Shown here: positions 35,291 to 45,923 of the stretch, piece after piece
How positions within the stretch are numbered: position 1 is the first letter of the stretch
Layout: every line of letters begins with the position of its first letter
Virus record (IMG/VR): IMGVR_UViG_3300030106_001611
Coordinates: 1 to 53,319 of that record
Length of the DNA stretch: 53,319 nt
DNA from: a virus
Taxonomy: Duplodnaviria > Caudoviricetes
Reading direction: 5' to 3' (one strand)
Position numbers and translations under genes: made by a program
Notes under the pieces: generated by a model
The model's database searches: none
Told to the model about the DNA's origin: nothing
The model's input: only the letters and a program-made list of their open reading frames with translations

Positions 35291-37366
35291 ATGGGAATAG
35301 GATTTGCATTCGTTAAAGGTTTAGTTCAAGGTGCGAACGATTTTCAAGCGGCTAAAGCAGAGGAAAGGGCACAAAAAGCAGCAGATGAAAAAGAACGTCT
35401 GGACTCGTTAGGTAAACGTGTGTTTGAGGCAATTGAAGCGGGAACATTAGACCCCGCTAAAGCTGCCACTTTTTTTGATTTGGATAAAGACCAACAGACC
35501 TACGCATCTCTGGCTGGTATGATGGTACAGGCTCAAGACATAGCCAGTACAACTCAAGTAGGTAGTTTAGCTATGCCTTGGAACCATTCCGATATTACTT
35601 TTGACAAAGGCAGACCAGACTTAGAAATAACGTCTCTGGAAAGGCATCTGTCAGAGCCTAAAAATATGTTGGCTATGATTAATGAAGCTAAAGTAAACCC
35701 TGACGCTGTGTATAACTACTTTAATAGAACAAACCTTGGTTACCACGATTTTGTTGCTGCAACTAGAAGTGTTAGAGCAGAAGGGCCGGGTACTGAAATC
35801 AAACAACTGGCTGTCCCTAGCATGGAGAACTTTCCTAACTTTATGAAGGTATTTGATACTCTAAATGCCGCCAAAAATAACTCTAGTGCAATTGCTGCTG
35901 ATTCTGATAAGGTGATATCTGACGTTACAGAAGGTAAGGGAGTTCCTACTGATTCCGTTGTTGTAAAAATAGGCACTAGGGAATCTATTAATAATGATTT
36001 AGAGACTATTATTGTAGCTGACGCAGTTGTAATGCCTTTAAACACTGACGACAGTAACATAAAAGTAACGAGTGACGATTTTAACCTTTTTGCTACAACG
36101 GTAGGGCAGGGTAGGTATGAGTCCGGTAGTCACATGATGTTAGATACTGATTTTATAACGAGCATAACTTTATCTTCCGACCCTAAAGTTCAGTTTAAAA
36201 GCCTGAGAGACGCTGCATCTTTGACAAGATACTCCCCTCAGGATTTAGATACACCGAATGCAGTACCAACTAATAATAAAACAGAAATGGGTGTAAGACT
36301 AGAAGCAATATCAGGGTCCAACAGAAATAACTTCTATTCAGGGGACATTGGTGCCTCTGTACGTGCTATGGTCCCTCACGTGTATATACCACCCGAACCT
36401 GTATCTGGATTATTAGCACAATCTATGACTGGTGCACAGTTATTAGAATCTAAAGATATAGATTCAAAATCTATCACAGAAGGCTACACTGCAGCTAGTG
36501 ATGCTGAATTGATGATAATAGAACTTAATAAATTAGAAGCTAGTCTACTGACAACTCCCGGTTTTGTAAGAGGTTTGCAAAAAACTTTAAGCGGTATTGT
36601 CAGTGAAGGGGGCACACTTGACCAGATATTTGGTGTTACAGCAGGTTTTGAGGATGAGAATAGTCAATTTACAACAAACCTCAAAGAAGGAATTTCTATG
36701 GGGGAGAAAACAACCCCAGATTCTTTAAAAAGAATTGCTCTTTCTAACGGAATAGGGGAAGGAAGTTTTGAATCAACAGTAGGTAGAATTGACACTCTTA
36801 GAATAAACCTTGCAATGAAAATTGCTCGTGCTGCTGACCCTGCGGGACGTTTATCTAACCAAGATTTTGATAATGCTTTGAAAACTCTGGGCGATAGTGG
36901 GTTTTTCCAAACAAAAGACAGACAAATGGCAGGGTTAAATCAAACTTTAAGACATATGACAAGAAAGAGAGAAAGCTTAGAACCTTACTATAAGTTACTT
37001 TCAAAAGAGACTGTAACGATAGAAGACAGAAAGCAGCTAATTGCGTTCTCACGAGTTCGAAACCTCCAAGACCACATGAGTAGACTAAGAGGCCAATCTG
37101 CTGATGGCACAGTACCAGAAGCACCGGGAGACAAAGACCCACTTGTAAAACCAAATGCAATTGTCCCGCCTGATAATTGGAAGGGCATTAACCCTATAGT
37201 GTTACCTGATGAAGAGGGCGGTCCTGATAAAGATTATGTGTTTAGCATAGGAGGCGAGGGTGTTCCTATGGGCTGGTATCAGGAACAAGAAGATGGTACA
37301 TTAATTCCTGCTACACCTGAACAGTCAGCAGCTATAGCAAATATTCAAGCCGAAGAGGAAGACTAA
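35291..37366 (+). CDS. Putative internal virion (ejection) protein
   Basis: 691 aa; ARAADPAGRLSNQDF; position. Confidence 0.65.
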   Translation: MGIGFAFVKGLVQGANDFQAAKAEERAQKAADEKERLDSLGKRVFEAIEAGTLDPAKAATFFDLDKDQQTYASLAGMMVQAQDIASTTQVGSLAMPWNHSDITFDKGRPDLEITSLERHLSEPKNMLAMINEAKVNPDAVYNYFNRTNLGYHDFVAATRSVRAEGPGTEIKQLAVPSMENFPNFMKVFDTLNAAKNNSSAIAADSDKVISDVTEGKGVPTDSVVVKIGTRESINNDLETIIVADAVVMPLNTDDSNIKVTSDDFNLFATTVGQGRYESGSHMMLDTDFITSITLSSDPKVQFKSLRDAASLTRYSPQDLDTPNAVPTNNKTEMGVRLEAISGSNRNNFYSGDIGASVRAMVPHVYIPPEPVSGLLAQSMTGAQLLESKDIDSKSITEGYTAASDAELMIIELNKLEASLLTTPGFVRGLQKTLSGIVSEGGTLDQIFGVTAGFEDENSQFTTNLKEGISMGEKTTPDSLKRIALSNGIGEGSFESTVGRIDTLRINLAMKIARAADPAGRLSNQDFDNALKTLGDSGFFQTKDRQMAGLNQTLRHMTRKRESLEPYYKLLSKETVTIEDRKQLIAFSRVRNLQDHMSRLRGQSADGTVPEAPGDKDPLVKPNAIVPPDNWKGINPIVLPDEEGGPDKDYVFSIGGEGVPMGWYQEQEDGTLIPATPEQSAAIANIQAEEED

Positions 37367-37369
37367 TTT

Positions 37370-40300
37370 ATGGTAGACCCGTTAATTGATAATAATAACT
37401 CCTCAGAAGAAGATAACGAACAGCCCAAAGCAGATTCGCCTGTAATTGTTGAAGAGCCTCCTGTGAAGGACTTCGACCCAACTCCTACACAGCTAACTGC
37501 AACAGAAATAGCTACTCAAGCAGGCGGGTTGACAACGACTGATGAAGGCACTCCGCGTTTAGAAATTGCTCCTGTAAGCCCTGATAAACTTCCTGAAGCT
37601 ACAAAGGATGACGCGGTGGTGACGCCGCCTGCCTCAAACCAAGATATGTCACAGGCTAGCATGTCGATGGGACTTGAATCTGTTTTACCCCCAGCATTTC
37701 AAAGTGTTCGAAAAACGGAGCAAAAAGACCTAGAAGCTAGAAAAGCTGCTGCTGAATCAAAGCCAGACTTTACATCTTTTATTCGAAATATACAAACTAC
37801 AGGCAAGACTCAAACGTTGAAAGTGGGCAACAGAAGTTTGCCTATTACGAAAGGTATTGCTGATACCATAAAAATTGACGAACAGACTGGGGAACTTACA
37901 GGGGACCCCACCTTTATTCTTAATTTAAAAACTTTCTACAATCTGTCAGGTAAGGCTGCTGCTGATGGTAGAGGCCCCATAATAGCTTATGAAACAGCCG
38001 CTGGTCAATTTGATTTAGAGGCTGCAAACAAAACTGAAGAGCTAGTGCCTCCGTTGTTCAGGCAGTATAATGCAAGAAAAGAGATGCTAAAAAACTTGCA
38101 GGGCTTGCCTAAAGAAATTCAGGAAACAGTTGTTAACAACATAGACTTTAGTTTAAAATACAATGTGTCACAAAGATTAGCAGAAGCAGGCAGGTTCTTG
38201 GGCATAGAGGCACCTGACTTTTTGATTATGTTGAGAGGTGTAGACCCACAAACTGCGTTTAATCCTGAAATGAACCCTGTGATTGCTGCTATAAAAGAAT
38301 CAGGTTCGCTTCCCGGAACAGCGGAGTTTAAAGCAGAGTATGCTGTACAATCTCAAAAGTTTCGTGAGAAGTATTTAGATTTTAAAGGGTGGGTTAGAGA
38401 TAACATACCTGCCGCAACTTTAGGTCGATACTATGATGAGCACATTCATCGTATTTTAGAAAAACAATTGCCTCCTGAAGAGTACGAAAAGTACGCATAT
38501 GAAAGAGATGCAAACGGCGAAATCATTACCGCTCAAAATGGTGATAAAATAAAAGCATCATTTATAAGTGAAGATGTGGCTTATAACATTAACGATGCAA
38601 CTTTTGATGCAATGCACCCTGCTAAAAAGGCAGTAGCTCTTATCCTTGAAGAAGTAGCTTTTACAGCACCTTTTGGTTTTATACGAACGGCTGAAGGTCT
38701 TAGAAAAGTTGACGACATCTTGGCACTGGCGAAGACCGATAAGTACAAACACTTATTACAAGGTATTACTGAACCCCGCCAGATACAGGAGATTTTAGCA
38801 AAATACGAAAGCAGAGCCAAGGCTGACACCTTTTGGAGAGCAGGTATAGAACAGTACGAAACCAACCAAACATTAGCAAATATTGATGATAGGCTTCGTC
38901 AGATTAGAAATACTATAGATAACCTAAACACAAAATATCCAAACGACTCAGATATTGCCTCTGTCCCATCTTTGATAGGGGAGGGAACAGTTGACCTGCC
39001 TAAAGCAGACCACCTTAGACGTTTGAATGCAGAAGCAAAGCAACTAAAGGCAACTAAAACAAAGTTATTTATTACGGGGCAGACTCTTCCATACGTGCAG
39101 GATGTTACCGAAGCCAGTGTTGCCATAGGTCTTATGACGGCTGGGTTTCGCGAATATGGTCCTTTTGATGACCCTAACACAAACGAAGCTTTTGGAAATT
39201 TGTTTGCAAGTTTGGGCGGGTATCGACCTATTGTATACGGAACAAGGAACATAGCTGCCAAAGGTGCTGTAGCGGGAGCAAGCCGTATGTCTAATAAGGT
39301 TGCCATGCCTTTTACTATGATTCGTGATTTTATAGGCAGCATACCTGTAGCGGGTCCAATCTTGGTAGACAAAACGATAGAGAATGTTGAGCAGGTATTA
39401 GGAAAAACTTTAAGTCAAGATGAACGCCGTCATTTACGAACCGTTATAGAATTTTATAAAAAATTAAAACCGGAGGACCGTGCGGAAGCTCTTGCAAGTC
39501 AGCAAGAATCCTTCGAACTCATAGATAGGTACGCATCAAAGTTTTCGAACCCAGACCGTATGAGGGAGCTAATACTCGACACGTATGAACACACCAGCGG
39601 TATCATCAGTTTGGTTGCAGCAGGACAACTAAATAACATATCTCGACAGTTAGATTTAGATATGTTGAGCAAATATGATATTAAAGACATGGAATCAAAC
39701 TTCAAGTCTCAACAAAGTCATATCATACTAGCAGAGGAAGCCATAAGACAACTTAAAGAGGGGCTATCAGGTATAGAAAATCCTTTAGACAGAGCAGTTA
39801 TAGAAGAGTTTGTTGAAAGCAAGGCTAGAGGTTTAGAGGTTTTAAAAAATAAAGTTAATGAAGACAATCTTCAGAGACTACAGAATTTAGAAAATTTAGA
39901 ATCTTATGTACTCACTTTTGGTAAAAACGGTGCTGATATTGAGACTATAGAAAGCTTGTCTAAATATAGAGCAACATTGGAATCTACTGTTGAAGGAGCG
40001 GGGGAACTAGGAATAGTTTTAAATAAGGCTGAAAATGTAAAAGCCATGAAGCGTTCTTTAGATGCTCGTAGAGACAGAGCACTTAGAAAGGCGGCTGCTC
40101 TACGAGGTAAGCCCGGATATGAAGCTGCTTTGAATGAAGCTATTGAAGAACTTGTAAATTCAACACGAGCCGACAAGTATCTCATAGGCGATGAAATATA
40201 TAATGGAGTTCGCGAAATAGCAAAAGCAACAGGCCCTATTGATATAAAAGATGTTGTAATGGAACTTGCAGACGGCAGAGGCACTGATGGTCTTAAAGCT

Positions 40301-42274
40301 TTTTTCGGACCTGATTCAGCTTTATGGGATAGCGCGGACGCAGTAGACGCGGAACAGGCATTTACTAGAATATTGAACGATAATATAAGTGCGACAGACA
40401 TGGCTGATATACGTAGTCAGTTACTTAAAAAAGCAGAAGATGCTCCCGGTGCAGGCAAGATTAAAGATAAAATTAGAAACATGTCCGAATTGGATATTGC
40501 TATAGAGTTAATGGAAAAGAATCCTGACTTTAATCCTTTTCTAGTAGCTGACGCTTATGATTTGGAGTTGCTTAGAAGACACTTTAAACGTATGAAAACT
40601 ATGAAATCAAAAGCCGGAGAGGATACTACAGCCTATAGTAAGTTTATAAGAACATTAGATAACACCATAGCTAATCAAAGTGAAGATTTATCAAAGGCAT
40701 TTATTAATGCCCGTAAAGAGTACGAGATAAGAGTTGGGGTACCTACAACACGAGGTATGTATATAGACGAATTGATTTCTAAAAAAGATAGAGTGCTAGC
40801 TAAAGAAATCGACATAGACAAAGGCAGCTTAAAATCAATATACAAAGACGGCTTTGAACCTCGTCAAATGTTTAATAAATTGGGAGACGGTATATCTAGT
40901 ATATTGTCTCCTGTAAGGGACGCTGGAAAAGTATCTATAAAGAATGAAATAGATAAACTGGTGTATTCGTTTGGGGAGTTTCATAGCAAAAGTGGCAAGT
41001 TTGTATTCGATACCAGCACAGAAGCAGGAGCAGCTAGACTTGAAGACGTTAGAGCAGTAGTCAGAGAAGTTTTAATTAACAAAATGGGGCCTGACTTTTT
41101 AAAGAAGTACAAAAAAGTTAAGTCTAAAACAGTGCCTGAAGCTTTAGTTGGCGAACAATCTAAAGAACTGATGAATGATATAGATGCTATTATTAATGAG
41201 ATTAATATACCTGTTCTACAAGCAGATGGCACAATACTCAAAGAAGCTCTCATAGACCCTATGGAAATTCTGGAAGTTTCTAAGCCACTTCAACAAGTTA
41301 TGAAGGAACAGCCTAGAGTTGCACAAGCTTTTAGTCTACTAAAAGAAAGGTTTAAGAAGTTCAAACAAAAAGAAAAAGCAGCAATTGCCGCAAAAAAAGA
41401 CAGAGACGAATCCAGCATAAAACTAATGGAAAATGTTTTAGGCAACACAGACCCAAAGTCTTTCTTTGATAAGTATATATTGTCAGGCGAAGGCGGCAGA
41501 TTGCAGGCTGTAAAAGACGCTGTTGTTCGAATAGCAGAGGCTGAAGGTAGGGACCCTAAAGAAGCCTTAAAAGACCTTAATGATATAATGGCTATGTACA
41601 CTATACAAGGCTTGTTTAATCTTGCAGGTGTACAGGGTAAAAAGGGCAAAGTGATAAGACCGCCGGGAAAATCCCCGGAACTTGTTGCTATGGAAATAGA
41701 GGCCCCTCAAAGTGCCTTGGAAGTTTTGTCTGACCCCAACACAAGCAAAGTGGTAAGGGACCTCCTTGGAAATGAAACTTACGAGTTCCTAGAAGATACC
41801 CTTCGAATTATGAATGAAAGCACTCATGTTGTTAGGGCAGCGACTCAAACAAACGACTACAAAGGGATTAAAACGGCAGGTATTGTTAGTAGAATCTGGA
41901 ATGGTGTTAAAGGTTTTGTTAGTCCTGTATATATTGCCACAGAGTACCTTTTAACTACGGCAAAAGCTGGTAAAATTAATATTATGAAACTTGCAGTTCA
42001 AGATAGAGAGGCTGCGATAATACTTCACAAAATGTTAAAAAATCAAGTTACTAAAAAAGATATCGAAAAATTTGATATCATAGCAACTAACTATTTGTTC
42101 ACGGAGTTAGGTGTTCAAGGAATGGAAATGTCTTTAACAGGCGAAGAAATGCCAATAACGTCGGCAATGAAAGAAACTGTGCCTCAAGCTGTAGAAGCAG
42201 CCGTAGAAGGTGCTGAAACTATAATAGATGCAGGGCAATCTGCACTCGACTCAGCAGCGGAGATTATTAAATGA
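37370..42274 (+). CDS. Large internal virion (ejection) protein
   Basis: 1634 aa, helical, last large gene of the structural block. Confidence 0.65.
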   Translation: MVDPLIDNNNSSEEDNEQPKADSPVIVEEPPVKDFDPTPTQLTATEIATQAGGLTTTDEGTPRLEIAPVSPDKLPEATKDDAVVTPPASNQDMSQASMSMGLESVLPPAFQSVRKTEQKDLEARKAAAESKPDFTSFIRNIQTTGKTQTLKVGNRSLPITKGIADTIKIDEQTGELTGDPTFILNLKTFYNLSGKAAADGRGPIIAYETAAGQFDLEAANKTEELVPPLFRQYNARKEMLKNLQGLPKEIQETVVNNIDFSLKYNVSQRLAEAGRFLGIEAPDFLIMLRGVDPQTAFNPEMNPVIAAIKESGSLPGTAEFKAEYAVQSQKFREKYLDFKGWVRDNIPAATLGRYYDEHIHRILEKQLPPEEYEKYAYERDANGEIITAQNGDKIKASFISEDVAYNINDATFDAMHPAKKAVALILEEVAFTAPFGFIRTAEGLRKVDDILALAKTDKYKHLLQGITEPRQIQEILAKYESRAKADTFWRAGIEQYETNQTLANIDDRLRQIRNTIDNLNTKYPNDSDIASVPSLIGEGTVDLPKADHLRRLNAEAKQLKATKTKLFITGQTLPYVQDVTEASVAIGLMTAGFREYGPFDDPNTNEAFGNLFASLGGYRPIVYGTRNIAAKGAVAGASRMSNKVAMPFTMIRDFIGSIPVAGPILVDKTIENVEQVLGKTLSQDERRHLRTVIEFYKKLKPEDRAEALASQQESFELIDRYASKFSNPDRMRELILDTYEHTSGIISLVAAGQLNNISRQLDLDMLSKYDIKDMESNFKSQQSHIILAEEAIRQLKEGLSGIENPLDRAVIEEFVESKARGLEVLKNKVNEDNLQRLQNLENLESYVLTFGKNGADIETIESLSKYRATLESTVEGAGELGIVLNKAENVKAMKRSLDARRDRALRKAAALRGKPGYEAALNEAIEELVNSTRADKYLIGDEIYNGVREIAKATGPIDIKDVVMELADGRGTDGLKAFFGPDSALWDSADAVDAEQAFTRILNDNISATDMADIRSQLLKKAEDAPGAGKIKDKIRNMSELDIAIELMEKNPDFNPFLVADAYDLELLRRHFKRMKTMKSKAGEDTTAYSKFIRTLDNTIANQSEDLSKAFINARKEYEIRVGVPTTRGMYIDELISKKDRVLAKEIDIDKGSLKSIYKDGFEPRQMFNKLGDGISSILSPVRDAGKVSIKNEIDKLVYSFGEFHSKSGKFVFDTSTEAGAARLEDVRAVVREVLINKMGPDFLKKYKKVKSKTVPEALVGEQSKELMNDIDAIINEINIPVLQADGTILKEALIDPMEILEVSKPLQQVMKEQPRVAQAFSLLKERFKKFKQKEKAAIAAKKDRDESSIKLMENVLGNTDPKSFFDKYILSGEGGRLQAVKDAVVRIAEAEGRDPKEALKDLNDIMAMYTIQGLFNLAGVQGKKGKVIRPPGKSPELVAMEIEAPQSALEVLSDPNTSKVVRDLLGNETYEFLEDTLRIMNESTHVVRAATQTNDYKGIKTAGIVSRIWNGVKGFVSPVYIATEYLLTTAKAGKINIMKLAVQDREAAIILHKMLKNQVTKKDIEKFDIIATNYLFTELGVQGMEMSLTGEEMPITSAMKETVPQAVEAAVEGAETIIDAGQSALDSAAEIIK

Positions 42275-42525
42275 ACAAGAAGCTGAAGCCAATACCGAAG
42301 GACAATAAAGGACTTCCTAATTTACCCAAGTCCGTTCGTAACAATATGGGCTTCATGTCCTATGGTGGCAAAACTAAACGAAAGAGCTACGCGTATGGCT
42401 CTATGGTTCGAACACCAATGAATCCAGATACAAGCATGAAGTCCACTATGAACCCAATGATGCCCCGCGAACAAAGAGGCATGATGTCAGCACCAACTCC
42501 CATGTCAGATAAGATGAACAAATAG
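42271..42525 (+). CDS. Small basic protein with GG-type motifs
   Basis: GGAG RBS; NKGLPNLP, FMSYGGK, YAYGSMV. Confidence 0.65.
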   Translation: MNKKLKPIPKDNKGLPNLPKSVRNNMGFMSYGGKTKRKSYAYGSMVRTPMNPDTSMKSTMNPMMPREQRGMMSAPTPMSDKMNK

Positions 42526-42527
42526 GT

Positions 42528-42752
42528 TCAAATATATCTGCTAGACTTTTCTAGCATCTCGTTTCCGACAGACTTTAAATATCTAAGAAGACTTGCTACC
42601 TTGAAGGTTCCTTCATAGGATGGCAGGTCTTTTTCCATTACGCGAACAAATTGGTCAGGCTCTACGTAATCCATGTCCAGTTCTACACTACCTTTATCAT
42701 TTAATTTAGCTGTTATTTTGAACAGGTCCATTTTAAGATGCTTGTTGCTCAT
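42528..42752 (-). CDS. Hypothetical protein
   Basis: Last gene of the leftward operon. Confidence 0.65.
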   Translation of the reverse strand: MSNKHLKMDLFKITAKLNDKGSVELDMDYVEPDQFVRVMEKDLPSYEGTFKVASLLRYLKSVGNEMLEKSSRYI

Positions 42753-43158
42753 CCTTGTACGCCTTAATTACATCAGAAGAAAACAACTTCTGCAGGTTCA
42801 ATAGGTACATCCGGGAAGCGTTGTTGTCACCACCGCTAACAGATTTCTTGTAGTCTAGGTTTTCGATTATACGTTTCAGAGAAGGCACATCGAACACAAG
42901 GGTTGCAAAAGTCTCATCCCCGATACAAAGATTGTGGAACCAGTAGTCTGCTTCCGTAGCAGCGATGCCACTAGGCTTGCCATAGGACTCGTATTCAATG
43001 GCTATGTTGCCTGTTCGAACCCACATGTCCCGCTCTGACTTCACCTCTACCTTCTTATCTGTCAGCATGTCGGCAACTCGCTGTTCGCGAACTTTGCCGT
43101 ATGCTAAATCTAAATCAAACTTTTTGCGGTCACAAACCGCTGGCTCCATATTACTCAT
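42733..43158 (-). CDS. PD-(D/E)xK restriction-endonuclease-like protein
   Basis: KVEVKSE, TGNIAIEYE, GKPSGI..TEADYW. Confidence 0.6.
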   Translation of the reverse strand: MSNMEPAVCDRKKFDLDLAYGKVREQRVADMLTDKKVEVKSERDMWVRTGNIAIEYESYGKPSGIAATEADYWFHNLCIGDETFATLVFDVPSLKRIIENLDYKKSVSGGDNNASRMYLLNLQKLFSSDVIKAYKDEQQAS

Positions 43159-43163
43159 ATTTT

Positions 43164-43331
43164 TTACTCTCTATGGTCTTCATGTTCATGGTTGGGATAA
43201 TAAACCTCAACCCACGACTTACATTTTGGACACTCCAAACAACTAAGTATAGTGTATCGGTTATCCGTAAGTTCGTCTGCATCATGGTCTGCAGACCACC
43301 TTAACTCTGTATTACAGTGCCAACAATTCAT
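43164..43331 (-). CDS. 55-aa Zn-ribbon protein (not in the ORF track)
   Basis: ATGA overlap with the RNR stop; CWHC...CPKC. Confidence 0.7.
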   Translation of the reverse strand: MNCWHCNTELRWSADHDADELTDNRYTILSCLECPKCKSWVEVYYPNHEHEDHRE

Positions 43332-45277
43332 GCCGCATTCAAATCCACTACTTCACAAACACCTGCCGTGCAAGCCAGTTCCCTTGAACCCGTAGTATTA
43401 TCTTCTTTTTCGAAATCTGTCAACTTATTCCATTCGATGTTGACGTGTTTGTACATCTGTTCCCACTCAAGGTAGTCATCAGGTTCTATATCCTGATAGG
43501 GTGCTTGCTGATATGTATGGTCACTATGAGGCAGGAATGATACACCAGAAGCTACATCAAAGTTCTTATATACCCATGCACCAACTTCCATCCACTCGTG
43601 CTCCTTCACAGTCACCGTAATAGATGGCTTGTGTTCACACCAGTGTATAGCGTAGGTCTTCCATAACTCTAACTGCTCAATAGCCGTCATCTTAGTTCGT
43701 GTAACGGCACCTTTAGGTGACTTCATAGGAAAGCTGAACACAGTAACACTGTCAGGCTTCCCCATGTCACGTTCATTGTAAACACCCTCTTCAATCAAGA
43801 ATTGTGTCAGCGGGTCTTTGTTATCTCCGCGAACGGTTCTGATAAAGTAATCGTTGTGCCGTGCATGTATCCCGCTTGCTGCGTCCACCAGTTGAGACAC
43901 AGTACCCGACGGCTTTACACAAGTGATTGCAGTGCTCTGCGGGATTCCAAGCATGTTCGCAAACTTCAGATTTGTGTCCACTGCTGTTTGCCGCATCTCT
44001 TCTAGCCAACGCTTGCTGTCTATATTTTTGGATAAAACGGGATGGTCCATGATACCAGTTAAGGATACGCCTAACAAACGCTCTTCCTCTGTGTTGTCTT
44101 TCCATATCTTCCTCAAATACTTGAAGTCAGTCAAAGTAGATTGAAGGGTTCCAAGAATTGTAGCCACACGAACTTTACGATTCAAGTCATCCAAACTGTC
44201 TGATTCACGAACCACTACCTCTGACAAGTTACAGAATTGGTAACCCCGCAGGATAATTTCTGAACACGGGTTGGTTCCCCACATATATCCTGTCTCACGT
44301 CGCCCGTTACGAGCTACCTGCTTATCTGCAGCCTCACGATTAAAGATGCCACGCTCACCAGACTTACTGTCGTAGAGAGCAAGCCATTCACGCATGAACG
44401 TACCCATCTCTGGCTTATTCTTGTAGGCAACAGAGTTGTTCGCCAAAGCACGTTGACCATTACGGTATATCTGTTTGTCGGGTTCATCCCACCACTCGCC
44501 AGCTTTAGCGTGACGCATCTGGTCATCATTAAGATTAGACAGACTAATGAGTGCGCTGCGACGAACGCCCCCTACGACCACTACCTCGCCCACCTTACAC
44601 ATAAGGTCGTGACATTCAATGGGAAATAGTCTACGTCCGGCGGCTTTCTTAAAAATCTGAACTGTAAAGTTAAACAAATCTATCAAAGGTTGTGGACCGC
44701 TAGCTCTTCCACCCATGACTTTCAAACGAGAGCCAGAAGGTCTAATTGCAGACATATCCCACTTAGGAACCTGTCCAGCGTACAGTAATGCTATCAGTTC
44801 GCGAAATGATTTTGCCCATCCCGGCTTACTATCAGCTACCGTTATAACTATGTCAGAATCCCCAAAATTGTCAGAAATAACAGGAAGTCTATCAACATTC
44901 TCTCTCTCCACACTAAACCCTACACCCGTGCCGCACATCAAAATATACATGCACTCATCAAACGCACGAGGACTATCTACAGGTATATAACTACAGTTGT
45001 AACCACAGATGTTATCACGAGCAAGAGCCGGACCAGAAGTCATCATTGCTCTCATACTAGGCATAACTTGCAAACTCAAAATAGAATCTTGAATCTCCTT
45101 AACTGTACCGTCTTGCAACTTTACGTTGTGCTTCATAAGCACGTGGTCCTGCATAAACCGAATGTAACGGTCCACCGTCTCATCCCAGTTTTCTCTGCGA
45201 CCTTCTTCGTCTATCCAACGAGCGTATCTTGATTTGTGAATGAACTGTTGATACACGGTAGGTAGTAGGTTGTTCAT
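43328..45277 (-). CDS. nrdJ: Class II (B12-dependent) ribonucleotide reductase
   Basis: GYNCSY, GGVRRSA, TNPCSEI, KPSGT, C-terminal CTAGVC; no beta subunit gene. Confidence 0.9.
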   Translation of the reverse strand: MNNLLPTVYQQFIHKSRYARWIDEEGRRENWDETVDRYIRFMQDHVLMKHNVKLQDGTVKEIQDSILSLQVMPSMRAMMTSGPALARDNICGYNCSYIPVDSPRAFDECMYILMCGTGVGFSVERENVDRLPVISDNFGDSDIVITVADSKPGWAKSFRELIALLYAGQVPKWDMSAIRPSGSRLKVMGGRASGPQPLIDLFNFTVQIFKKAAGRRLFPIECHDLMCKVGEVVVVGGVRRSALISLSNLNDDQMRHAKAGEWWDEPDKQIYRNGQRALANNSVAYKNKPEMGTFMREWLALYDSKSGERGIFNREAADKQVARNGRRETGYMWGTNPCSEIILRGYQFCNLSEVVVRESDSLDDLNRKVRVATILGTLQSTLTDFKYLRKIWKDNTEEERLLGVSLTGIMDHPVLSKNIDSKRWLEEMRQTAVDTNLKFANMLGIPQSTAITCVKPSGTVSQLVDAASGIHARHNDYFIRTVRGDNKDPLTQFLIEEGVYNERDMGKPDSVTVFSFPMKSPKGAVTRTKMTAIEQLELWKTYAIHWCEHKPSITVTVKEHEWMEVGAWVYKNFDVASGVSFLPHSDHTYQQAPYQDIEPDDYLEWEQMYKHVNIEWNKLTDFEKEDNTTGSRELACTAGVCEVVDLNAA

Positions 45278-45570
45278 TGATTGTCTCCTTTAATCTTAAT
45301 CATCTTCTCTAAGTACCACTTAGCTTTTTCTAAATCTTCTACACCATTTTTGTAACGGTATCTCCACAAGTATTTTATTATGTTTCCCTGTAGGTAATAT
45401 TCGAATCCCTCTTCTGTAGCGGCTTGTATAGCGTCAACACACTCTATTCCCGCTTTGTTATAGTGGGGTGGAGAATTTACCATGTCTACGTTACCATACG
45501 TTTCTTTTCCAATACGCTCCAACTCTTCTTCTTTCATCCTACGCACCATGTACTGTTCGTATCTACTCAT
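45274..45570 (-). CDS. DUF3310 family protein
   Basis: VNSPPHY...IECVDAI...GNIIKYLWRY..KNGVEDLEKAKWYL. Confidence 0.85.
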   Translation of the reverse strand: MSRYEQYMVRRMKEEELERIGKETYGNVDMVNSPPHYNKAGIECVDAIQAATEEGFEYYLQGNIIKYLWRYRYKNGVEDLEKAKWYLEKMIKIKGDNQ

Positions 45571-45923
45571 TGCTTTGGTCCAAAATCCACTTTAATTACA
45601 TTGTTTTGTTTTTCTATTTTAGGAAACTGAGTTACGTTATCTATTTCTGATTCCAACTCTTCTAATAAAGATTCAGCTACTTCTTCAAAGGATATACGAG
45701 CTAATCCAGCTTGCATAACACGGTCTAAATCATTTTGCAACAATTCAATTAAACCTTGTTGTGCAACAAACCCTGCGTCTATATAATCCTCATCTTCTGT
45801 GTCTGTGCGTAAAGTAGTATCATATGCAGTCATACTAAAATTTTCATCATCTACCTTTTGCATAATTATATACCATCTGTCTTTCAATAGACTACCCTTT
45901 TCAAGTTCTTTCTCAGTCGTCAT
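45567..45923 (-). CDS. Hypothetical acidic protein
   Basis: Operon packing; NVIKVDF C-terminus. Confidence 0.7.
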   Translation of the reverse strand: MTTEKELEKGSLLKDRWYIIMQKVDDENFSMTAYDTTLRTDTEDEDYIDAGFVAQQGLIELLQNDLDRVMQAGLARISFEEVAESLLEELESEIDNVTQFPKIEKQNNVIKVDFGPKQ

